This document shows, piece by piece, positions 20,927 through 30,500 of a DNA stretch of 32,000 bases. Made by a program: the position numbers and the translations under genes. Under the pieces are notes generated by a model. The model was given only the letters and a program-made list of their open reading frames with translations. It did not search any database and was not told the origin of the DNA. The stretch lies in NCBI RefSeq assembly GCF_053903025.1, contig NZ_AP045049.1. One strand, 5' to 3'. Position 1 is the stretch's first letter, and every line of letters starts with the position of its first letter.

Positions 20927-22276
20927 ATGATTAATAAAGATAATAATTTAAATATAGATATTCTACGTCAGCAGAATGCAAACATTCCTCTCAAAGAGGC
21001 ATCCTCGCAAAGTGAGGAGCCTCATCAACTGGGAAACAGCGAAAGCGAGGGTAATTTTCATAACAGCGCCAGTAAGGATAATAATATTGGCGCTATGCTC
21101 AAGAAAGATGTTGAGAAACTATCAACTTTAGTCAGTGAATGTAGCCCGCGAAATGAAGACTGGAAATGCCAGCACGACATACAACTTAACTTCGTTAAAA
21201 ACATGCTCAGAAATTTTCCAACTGAGAACCTGTCAGAGAAAGGATCCGCGCTCTTACACGAAAGTTATTTGCTGATAAAAAACGTTCTGCAGCTTACAGA
21301 AAATGTTAATACTATTGACGGAAAGTTAAAGGATCCCGCTAAAATATTGACCCTGCATAACTCTGTAAGAAAAACCCTGGCTAACGTTGCTGACAACACA
21401 ACCGGGTCAATTGCAATGGCAACGACCAAAGGAACCTTAACTCACGCTATCGCTTCTTTAGAGAGTTCTGCACCTGAAGTGAGAAGTTCAGAAACCAGCA
21501 GTACTTTAACTGCCAGTAGTTCAAGCGAATTTAAAAGTGATAAATATATATGCAGTGATATTGCTGATTTGATGAGTGTGCTCGGTAGCGACTACCTCGA
21601 AATCTATGCAAATAGCGTTGAGATAATGAGCGCATACTGGCAGGACTTCAGTGAACATATCCAAAGCAATATGGGAAAGTGGACTCACTCTAATAAAAAA
21701 GGCGATGCGATAGTTTTTGATGTCAATGCATTTCAAAAGGCCTTGATGCATTTTTATTATATCGATAAATATCCTAATGGTGATTTCCACTATCATTACA
21801 ATCCAGACTATGTTTTATACCCTCCGGCACCAGCTGACAAAATTGGTGTTCCACTGGAAGAAGCAGAAAAATGGTGCGCCGCTTTAGGTCTTCCGGTAAT
21901 TCCACCCGATCCCAAACACCGCACACCTTCTCCGATTGTCGAAGTTGAACCGCAAGGTAGCGGTCTGTATGTTATTATTCCCAACCCTCAGATTATTGAC
22001 AGTATGAGTCAGTCTTCAGACTCAATGGTACACAGGGACGATAAAGGGAAGGAAAAAAATATATCTAAAGAATTCACCGGCTACGAAATAAGCACGGCTG
22101 AATACCAGGCATGGCTGGCGGGTTATAACGGCCAGGCAGAAAACATGAAAACCGACGTGCAGGTTATCACGACTAAATACAGTACAGCCAACTCCACCTA
22201 CGATACGATTATCAAATTATTATCGTCAACCATTACTGCATTGTTTGATTCAGCGAAGGATTATTTACGTTTCTGA
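20927..22276 (+). CDS. eipD: SipD/IpaD-like needle-tip/translocon protein
   Basis: 449 aa; C-terminus MKTDVQVITTKYSTANSTYDTIIKLLSSTITALFDSAKDYLRF matches the conserved IpaD/SipD/BipD C-terminal helix. SD aaggagga upstream. Confidence 0.87.
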   Translation: MINKDNNLNIDILRQQNANIPLKEASSQSEEPHQLGNSESEGNFHNSASKDNNIGAMLKKDVEKLSTLVSECSPRNEDWKCQHDIQLNFVKNMLRNFPTENLSEKGSALLHESYLLIKNVLQLTENVNTIDGKLKDPAKILTLHNSVRKTLANVADNTTGSIAMATTKGTLTHAIASLESSAPEVRSSETSSTLTASSSSEFKSDKYICSDIADLMSVLGSDYLEIYANSVEIMSAYWQDFSEHIQSNMGKWTHSNKKGDAIVFDVNAFQKALMHFYYIDKYPNGDFHYHYNPDYVLYPPAPADKIGVPLEEAEKWCAALGLPVIPPDPKHRTPSPIVEVEPQGSGLYVIIPNPQIIDSMSQSSDSMVHRDDKGKEKNISKEFTGYEISTAEYQAWLAGYNGQAENMKTDVQVITTKYSTANSTYDTIIKLLSSTITALFDSAKDYLRF

Positions 22277-22307
22277 TTAAGTAACACCCACAATTATCAT
22301 CCACTAT

Positions 22308-22330
22308 CTGGTCCCGAAAAATGGGACCAG
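22308..22330 (+). terminator. Probable terminator of the eic/eip gene set
   Basis: CTGGTCCC-gaaaaat-GGGACCAG, 8 bp perfect stem about 32 bp after the eipD stop; weakly T-rich tail (cgctttatatt). Confidence 0.6.
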
Positions 22331-22478
22331 CGCTTTATATTATTAAGCATCACCTTTCATTCATTTCCTCATCACAATCTTACAAAATGAGCGTTTTTTG
22401 ATAGAGCAATTCTGCCAATACTTTATTTTATATTGATCAAATTAATACTATGAATAGAGAAAACGGAAGGAGCGTTCT

Positions 22479-24176
22479 ATGCAACTGCAACATGGAAAAA
22501 ATACTACACAACAATATATATTTGGCGACTTTGTATTAAAAAACAATGGAATATTATTATTCAAAAACAAAGAATATCATATTCCACCGAAAGAACTTGG
22601 CGTTATCATTCTATTACTTAATGCTGACGGTGAAATTGTTAGCAAAGAAGAGATTATCGATAAGGTCTGGAGCGCGAGTGTTGCCAGTGATGAATCTCTA
22701 ACACGATGTATTTATGCATTGCGCAAACTTTTGCATGAGAATAAACAGTGTAAGTATATCGAAACGGTCTATGGTCGTGGATACCGTTTTACTGTACCTA
22801 TTGTGATTGTGACCGATAATGAACCGGTAAAGTCGACCACCACTCTTGCCGTTTTTCCCTTTCGTACCGAAGGTTCGATCAATGTTCTAAAACTCCATTA
22901 CGAACTTGTCCAGGGCCTTTCAAAATATGCTTTTTGTGGTTTAGATATTTTACCCGCTTCGGTAACAAATGAGGCCAGTGATTTCTCCACTATCCATCAG
23001 TTTATCAATAAAACAGGTCCAGAATATTATATTATGGGTCAGGTCGTTCACTATGGTAAAAACTGGCGTTTATTTATTGAGTTAATTCATGCCAGAACAC
23101 ATAAATTGATTGATCATCAAAGCATTGATTTCAATCCCGATAATCCTCTTTCCGTATTATTATCACAAGTAATTAATATTCTTATTGAAAAAATACCCAA
23201 CATTAATTTTAAATCTATTAATACACAACAAATGCCATCTCTGGATTCTGCTGTTATGTATATGAATGGCAGAATGGAAATGTACCGTTATACACCAGAG
23301 AGTTTGAAACGAGCATTAGTAATATTTAGAGATTGTGTAAGTACGCAACCGCAAAATACCTTGCCCTACTGTTGCCTGGCGGAATGCCATATATCATTAG
23401 CCCTCCTTGGACTCAGTGAACAAAAACAAGCAATAACTACGGCAGTAACCTCCATTGAAAAGGCTCTTGAAATTAACCCTTCAAATTCTCAGGCATTGGG
23501 TTTACTGGGTTTAATCAGTGGGCTAAAAGATGAACATTCAGTGTCTAATGTGCTATTTAAGCAAGCACATTTACTCAAACCTAATTCGCCAGACGTTTAT
23601 TATTATCAGTCTCTGCTATGTTTTTTGAACGGTGACCTTGCAAGAGCATTTAATCTAATAGAAAAAAGCATTGCTCTTGAACCCAATAAAATGGGTATAA
23701 GCATTCTTAAATTAATTATACTTTATTACACATCCCCCCTCGATAACGCGATATCTTTTGCATTAAATCTTAACAGTCAAAACACCTGTAACAATCCAAT
23801 TATTACCTCTATTCTGGCTATGTTCATGGCACTGAAAGGACATAATGATAAAGCCAAAAGTTTATTGCTTAAACTTGAGCCTGAACATGGTCTTGATTAC
23901 ACCTGTGTTAACTCGCTTTATACGAAGTTTCTGATCTATGGCGCATCTATAAAAAATGACATTATGAAGTTACTGGCAAATATTAGCACCAACAAAATCA
24001 ATGGTGTTATTTTGCCGTTAATTTACACTGTGTATGGTAAAAAAGAATATGAAAAGCGCTGGCAACAATTAATTAAAGAGAATGATTTATGGTCAAATGT
24101 TTTGCTTCATGACCCCCGTTTGCTCAGTGTGAAAAACGAATTTAATACTATTGGTGTGATGCGTACTTCTGCGTAA
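22479..24176 (+). CDS. eilA: HilA-like transcriptional regulator (winged-helix N-terminal DNA-binding domain, TPR-like C-terminal region)
   Basis: 565 aa; QYIFGDFVLKNNGILLFKNKEYHIPPKELGVIILLLNADGEIVSKEEIIDKVWSASVASDESLTRCIYALRKLLHENKQCKYIETVYGRGYRFTVP is an OmpR/HilA-type winged helix. TPR-like repeats follow. Confidence 0.92.
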   Translation: MQLQHGKNTTQQYIFGDFVLKNNGILLFKNKEYHIPPKELGVIILLLNADGEIVSKEEIIDKVWSASVASDESLTRCIYALRKLLHENKQCKYIETVYGRGYRFTVPIVIVTDNEPVKSTTTLAVFPFRTEGSINVLKLHYELVQGLSKYAFCGLDILPASVTNEASDFSTIHQFINKTGPEYYIMGQVVHYGKNWRLFIELIHARTHKLIDHQSIDFNPDNPLSVLLSQVINILIEKIPNINFKSINTQQMPSLDSAVMYMNGRMEMYRYTPESLKRALVIFRDCVSTQPQNTLPYCCLAECHISLALLGLSEQKQAITTAVTSIEKALEINPSNSQALGLLGLISGLKDEHSVSNVLFKQAHLLKPNSPDVYYYQSLLCFLNGDLARAFNLIEKSIALEPNKMGISILKLIILYYTSPLDNAISFALNLNSQNTCNNPIITSILAMFMALKGHNDKAKSLLLKLEPEHGLDYTCVNSLYTKFLIYGASIKNDIMKLLANISTNKINGVILPLIYTVYGKKEYEKRWQQLIKENDLWSNVLLHDPRLLSVKNEFNTIGVMRTSA

Positions 24177-24188
24177 TAACGAATATAA

Positions 24189-24212
24189 ATTGCCCTGCTG
24201 AAGCAGGGCAAT
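24189..24212. terminator. Terminator between convergent eilA and air
   Basis: ATTGCCCTGC-tgaa-GCAGGGCAAT, 10 bp perfect stem. The minus-strand side continues TTATATTC, so it best fits termination of the adhesin gene. Confidence 0.8.
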
Positions 24213-24227
24213 CTAGTGATTACTTCG

Positions 24228-24524
24228 TTAATAATACTCTACGCACAAGCCAGAAGACTTTCCTGTCCCAAGCTCTGATATACCAGTTTCAGGATTAAAT
24301 TTCTCGTGTACTCCCATGAGCTGAGTACTTGTCCAATAATCCGTACTGCTAAAAGCGTTCCCATACGTTTTTAAATTACCATATTCGCCCCACAACGTAC
24401 CTACTTTTCGCGGTACTACCCCACCGCTTGGCCGCTGCGCTAATTCTAAAGATGACGGCATTTGACCATAGCTACATGAAGTATTTATGATATCCCAGGT
24501 ATTACTACTGCTAGCACCTAAACT
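24228..24524 (-). other. C-terminal cap domain of the adhesin (invasin/intimin-like C-type-lectin-like candidate)
   Basis: Last 98 aa SLGASSSNTWDIINTSCSYGQMPSSLELAQRPSGGVVPRKVGTLWGEYGNLKTYGNAFSSTDYWTSTQLMGVHEKF...GLCVEYY. Non-repeat, contains two Cys and the pattern GTLWGEYG...YG.AF.S..YWTST seen at the tips of invasin-type proteins. Confidence 0.6.
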
Positions 24525-27500
24525 AGTAAACCATTTTTTAATCTTGAATTTAAATACAACATCATTCCCTTTACCATTCTTGGGTTTCCCAGTAATAGTA
24601 ACTTCACTTCTTATCAGCACAGATAATGTTACTTCTCCATTACTATCAACATTAATTCCATAAATCCCAGCCGTCCAATTATAATCCGTATTTTTCATAT
24701 TATGGGTTAGTAACAGCGTGAATTTTGCACCATCAAACCCTGTTTCTGGAAAACCATCTGTCGCCCTGAATTTTACACCATTAACACTCAGCGACTCGAC
24801 TTCCACAAAAGGAAGGATGTTATAGGATGGTTGCCCGTATATACGCCAACCTTTAATCTCCATAAATGAAGTTAAATTTTCTCCTTCTTGGTAGGCCATA
24901 TATGTACGTTCATATATGCCATCACCCACATATCTCCATTTTTCCCCTTCTTTCTTTTCTACATTTTGTAAGTACACTGCATCATCCAGCAAATCCAGAC
25001 CGTTATCCACCGGATTTCCAAAATCATCAACTAATAAAGCACTGACAGGTAAATCCGCCCCTTCCACTACTAAAACTTCTCGTATACGAAGCTGTGAACC
25101 AAGCGGACTCACTTCACCTGGTTTGATAGTATAATTGTTTGAATAATTGGCATCGCTCCAACCAGCCATCTTCAGTTGCGCATTCAAATTCGCTTCCGCA
25201 AAATGTGCCATATACTGTCTTTGATATTGCCCATTGCCGTTGTAAACCCAATTATTGCCCTGGATAGGATCCGCATTCCTGACTTGTACGTTTTCCTCAT
25301 TAAGCTGAACAACACCATCAGTAATAAAGTTACCCTGGGCATCTTTAAGAACAACGGTCACCGTTATGCTATCCCCAGCGATATATATCGTTTTGTCCGC
25401 GACAATCGTTGATTGAGTTTTTGCCGCTGCACCTGGTTGTATTCCATATAATGAGGACTTAATCTCCGCTGCCCATGTTTTTAATTTCAGACTGGCAACC
25501 AGATTTTCCTCGGCACCCCATGCTGTCCAGACAATGGTATATTCACCATTATTCTGCTCGACCCACTGCATAGAATCGGGAGTTGCGCCGCCTACCGCGA
25601 AACTATCAATATAAGACTCGATGACTTCTGATGTCAGCCCGAAAGCAGGGTTACCAAACTCATCCCGTAACGTTACTGTGACGGTTAATGGCTCCCCGGC
25701 GATATATGCCGATTTATCTGTCCTGATAGCAGAATTTGCCTGCACCGGAGCACCGCTGTGGATGGAATAACTCTCTGATTGTTTACTGCTGCCCCACTCA
25801 GACAACTTCAGCGTCGCGTGGTGAGAGTCTCCCGCCATTTGCGCCGACCATGTAGCAGTATAAACACCGGCGTTTTCAGACCATCCTCCTGAACGTACGG
25901 CTCCTTCCACTATTACGTTATCACCAGACAGTAAGGACTCGCCCCCTTCAACCAGGTTACCGTGCGCGTCTTTCAGCGTCACGGCGACGGTTATGGTCTC
26001 GCCAGCGGTGTATGCGTTTTTATCCGTGGCGATAGTTGATGTGGCTTGCGCCGGAGAACCGGACTGTATGTCATAGCGATCTGACGTTACGCCATCACTC
26101 CACGACTGCAATTGCAGGTTGGCGTGCTGATTGGTACTGGCAATCGTCGCCATTCGGGTTGTGGTATACACGCCACCTGATTCAACCCAGCTTCCCGTTT
26201 CTGACGGGTCGGTGCCAGCCACCGTCAGCACACCATTAGCGGCTAACTGTGAAGCTGCACCGGTTACCAGATTATCGAACGCATCCCGGAGCGTTACCGT
26301 GATGGTGATTGTCTCTCCAACCGTATAGTTCGACTTATTTGTTTCAACGGTTGAAGTGAGCTGCGATGCATCACCCGGTACAAAGGTGACGTTCTGGCTC
26401 TGGCTGCTGTTGTTGATGCTGGCGGTGACCACACTGGTTCCGGCGGTCTGGCTGGTGACAGAGATTTCCACCGTGCCATCCGGCTGAGTGGTCACCGTCG
26501 GGGCAGTCGTTGCGCCGTTGCCTGCCATCACGCTGACCGTCTGCCCGGCAAGCGCATTACCGTTAGCATCAGTGACCTTCACCTGCAGCGTATTCGCCGT
26601 CGCGCCGTCAGCCACTGAGCCGTCCTTAATGACCACCAGATCCGCGATCTGCGCCGTTCTGACATCGGCGATAAACGTCACATCCCGGCTCTGGCTGCTG
26701 CTGTTGATGCTGGCGGTGACCACACTGATTCCTGCCGTCTGGCTGGTGACACTGATCTCCACCGTCCCGTCTGGCCCTGTGATGACCGTCGGGGCAGTCG
26801 TTGCGCCGTTGCCTCCCAACACGCTCACCGTCTGCCCGGCAAGCGTATTACCGAACGCATCGGTCACCCTCGCCCGCAGCGTGTTCGCCGTCGAACCGTC
26901 CGCCTCTGAACCATCCTTAATGACCACCAGATCCGCGATCTGCGCCGTCCTGACATCGGCGATAAATGTCACATCCCGGCTCTGACTGCTGCTGTTGATG
27001 GTTGCGGTGACTGTACTGATCCCCGCCGTCTGGCTGGTGACACTGATCTCCACCGTGCCGTCCGGCTCTGTAATCACCATCGGAGCAACCGTTGCACCGT
27101 TGCCTGCCATCACGCTGACCGTCTGTCCGGCAAGCGCATTGCCGAACGCATCGGTGACCTTCACCCGCAGCGTGTTCGCCATTGCGCCGTCTGCCACTGA
27201 GTTATCCTGCCTCACCTCCAGACTCGCGATCTGCGCCGTCCTGACATCGGCGATAAACGTGACGTTCCGGCTCTGGCTGCTGCTGTTGATGCTGGCAGTG
27301 ACTGTACTGGCTCCCGCCGTCTGGCTGGTGACACTGATCTCCACCGTGCCGTCCGGCCCTGTGATGACCGTCGGAGACAACGTTGCACCGTTGTCTGCCG
27401 TCACGCTGACCGTCTGTCCGGCAAGCGCATTACCGAACGCATCGGTCACCCTCGCCCGCAGCGTGTTCGCCGTCGAACCGTCCGCCTCTGAACCATCCTT

Positions 27501-30500
27501 AATGACCACCAGGTCCGCGATCTGCGCCGTGCTGGCATCGGCGATAAATGTGACATCCCCGCTCTGACTGCTGCTGTTAATGCTGGCGGTGACCGCACTG
27601 GTGCCCGCCATCTGGCTGGTGACAGAGATCTCCACCGTGCCGTCCGGCTGTGTGGTGACCGTCGGAGCAGTCGTGGCACCGTTGCCTGCCAACACGCTGA
27701 CCGTCTGCCCGGCAAGCGCATTACCGAACGCGTCGGTCACCCTCACCCGCAGCGTGTTCGCCGTCGCACCGTCTGCCACCGCGTTATCCTGGCTAACGAC
27801 CAGCTCCGCTATCTTCGCCGTCCTGACATCAGCGATAAATGTCACGTTCTGGCTCAGGGTGCTGTTGTTGATGCTGACGGTGACCGCACTGATTCCCGCC
27901 GTCTGGCTGGTGACAGAGATCTCCACCGTACCGTCCGGCCCTGTGATGACCGTCGGAGACACCGTTGCGCCGTTGTCCGCCAACACGCTCACCGTCTGCC
28001 CGGCAAGCGCATTACCAAATGCATCGGTTACCCTCGCACGCAGCGTGTTCGCCGTCGAACCGTCCGCCACTGAGCCGTCCTTAATAACCGCCAGGTCCGC
28101 GATCTGCGCCGTCCTGACATCGGCGATAAACGTGACGTTCCGGCTCTGGCTGCTGCTGTTAATGCTGGCAGTGACCGCACTGATTCCGGCGGTCTGGCTG
28201 GTGACAGAGATCTCCACCGTGCCGTCCGGCTCTGTAATCACCGTCGGGGCAACCGTTGCACCGTTGCCTGCCGTCACGCTGACCGTCTGCCCGGCAAGCG
28301 TATTACCGAACGCATCGGTCACCCTCACCAGCAGCGTGTTCGCCGTCGAACCGTCTGCCACTGAGTTATCCTGCGTCACTTCCAGCACCGCAATCTGCGC
28401 CGTGCTGACATCGGCAATAAACTTCACGCTCTGGCTCTGGCTGCTGCTGTTGATGCTGGCGGTGACTGTACTGGTACCCGCCGTCTGACTGGTGACAGAG
28501 ATCTCCACCGTGCCGTCCGGATGCGTGGTGACCGTCGAAGCAACCGTTGCGCTGTTGCCTGCCGTCACGCTGACCATCTGCCCGGCCAGCACATTACCGA
28601 ACGCATCGGTGACCTTCACCCGCAGTGTGTTCGCCATTGCGCCGTCAGCCACGGCGTTATCCTGCGTCACCTCCAGACTCGCGATCTGCGCCGTCCTGAC
28701 ATCGGCGATAAATGTCACGTTCCTGCTCAGGCTGCTGTTGTTGATGGTTGCAGTGACTGTACTGATCCCCGCCGTCTGGCTGGTGACACTGCTCTCCACC
28801 GTCCCGTCTGGCCCTGTGATGACCGTCGGGGCAGTCGTTGCGCCGTTGCCTCCCAACACGCTCACCGTCTGCCCGGCAAGCGTATTACCGAACGCATCGG
28901 TGACCTTCACCCGCAGCGTGTTCGCCGTCGAACCGTCCGCCTCTGAACCATCCTTAATAACCACCAGATCCGCTATCTTCGCCGTCCTGACATCGGCGAT
29001 AAATGTCACGTTCTGACTCAGGGTGCTGTTGTTGATGGTTGCAGTGACTGTACTGATCCCCGCCGTCTGGCTGGTGACAGAGATCTCCACCGTGCCGTCC
29101 GGCTGCGTGGTGACCGTCGGAGCAGTCGTGGCACCGTTGCCTGCCATCACGCTGACCGTCTGTCCGGCAAGCGCATTACCGAACGCATCGGTCACCCTCG
29201 CCCGCAGCGTGTTCGCCATTGCGCCGTCAGCCACGGCGTTATCCTGCGTCACCTCCAGACTCGCGATCTGCGCCGTCCTGACATCGGCGATAAACGTCAC
29301 ATCCCGGCTCTGGCTGCTGTTGTTGATGCTGGCGGTGACTGTACTGGTTCCTGCCGTCTGGCTGGTGACAGAGATCTCCACCGTGCCGTCCGGCTCTGTA
29401 ATCACCGTCGGGGCAACCGTTGCGCCGTTGCCTGCCATCACGCTGACCGTCTGTCCGGCAAGTGCATTCCCGAACGCATCGGTCACCTTCACCTGCAGCG
29501 TGTTCGCCGTCGAACCGTCTGCCTCTGAACCATCCTTAATGACCACCAGATCAGCGATCTTCGCCGTGCTGACATCGGCGACAAACGTCACGTTCTGGCT
29601 CAGGCTGCTGTTGTTGATGCTGGCAGTGACTGTACTGGTTCCGGCGGTCTGACTGGTGACACTGATTTCCACCGTGCCGTCCGGCTGCGTAGTGACTGTC
29701 GGGGCAACCGTTGCGCCGTTATCCGCCAACACGCTGACCGTCTGCCCGCCCAACGTATTACCGAATGCATCGGTCACCCTCGCCCGCAGCGTGTTCGCCG
29801 TCGAACCGTCCGCCTCTGAACCATCCTTAATGACCACCAGATCAGCGATCTTCGCCGTGCTGACATCGGCGATAAATGTCACGTTCTGACTCTGACTACT
29901 GCTGTTGATGGTTGCAGTGACTGCACTGACTCCCGCCGTCTGGCTGGTGACACTGATTTCCACCGTGCCGTCCGGCTCGGTGATCACCGTCGGGGCAACC
30001 GTTGCGCCGTTGTCCGCCATCACGCTGACCGTCTGTCCATTCAGCGCATTCCCGAACGCATCGGTGACCTTCACCCGCAGCGTGTTCGCCATTGCGCCGT
30101 CAGCCACTGAGTTATCCCGGGTAACCTCCAGACTCGCGATCTTCGCCGTCCTGACATCGGCAACAAACGTCACGTTCTGGCTCAGGCTGCTGTTGTTGAT
30201 GCTGGCAGTGACTGTACTGGTTCCGGCGGTCTGACTGGTGACACTGATTTCCACCGTGCCGTCCGGCTGCGTAGTGACTGTCGGGGCAACCGTTGCGCCG
30301 TTATCCGCCAACACGCTGACCGTCTGCCCGCCCAACGTATTACCGAATGCATCGGTCACCCTCGCCCGCAGCGTGTTCGCCATTGCACCGTCTGCCACTG
30401 AGTCGTCCTTAATGACCACCAGATCCGCGATCTTCGCCGTCCTGACATCGGCGATAAATGTCACGTTCTGACTCTGAGTACTGCTGTTGATGGTTGCAGT

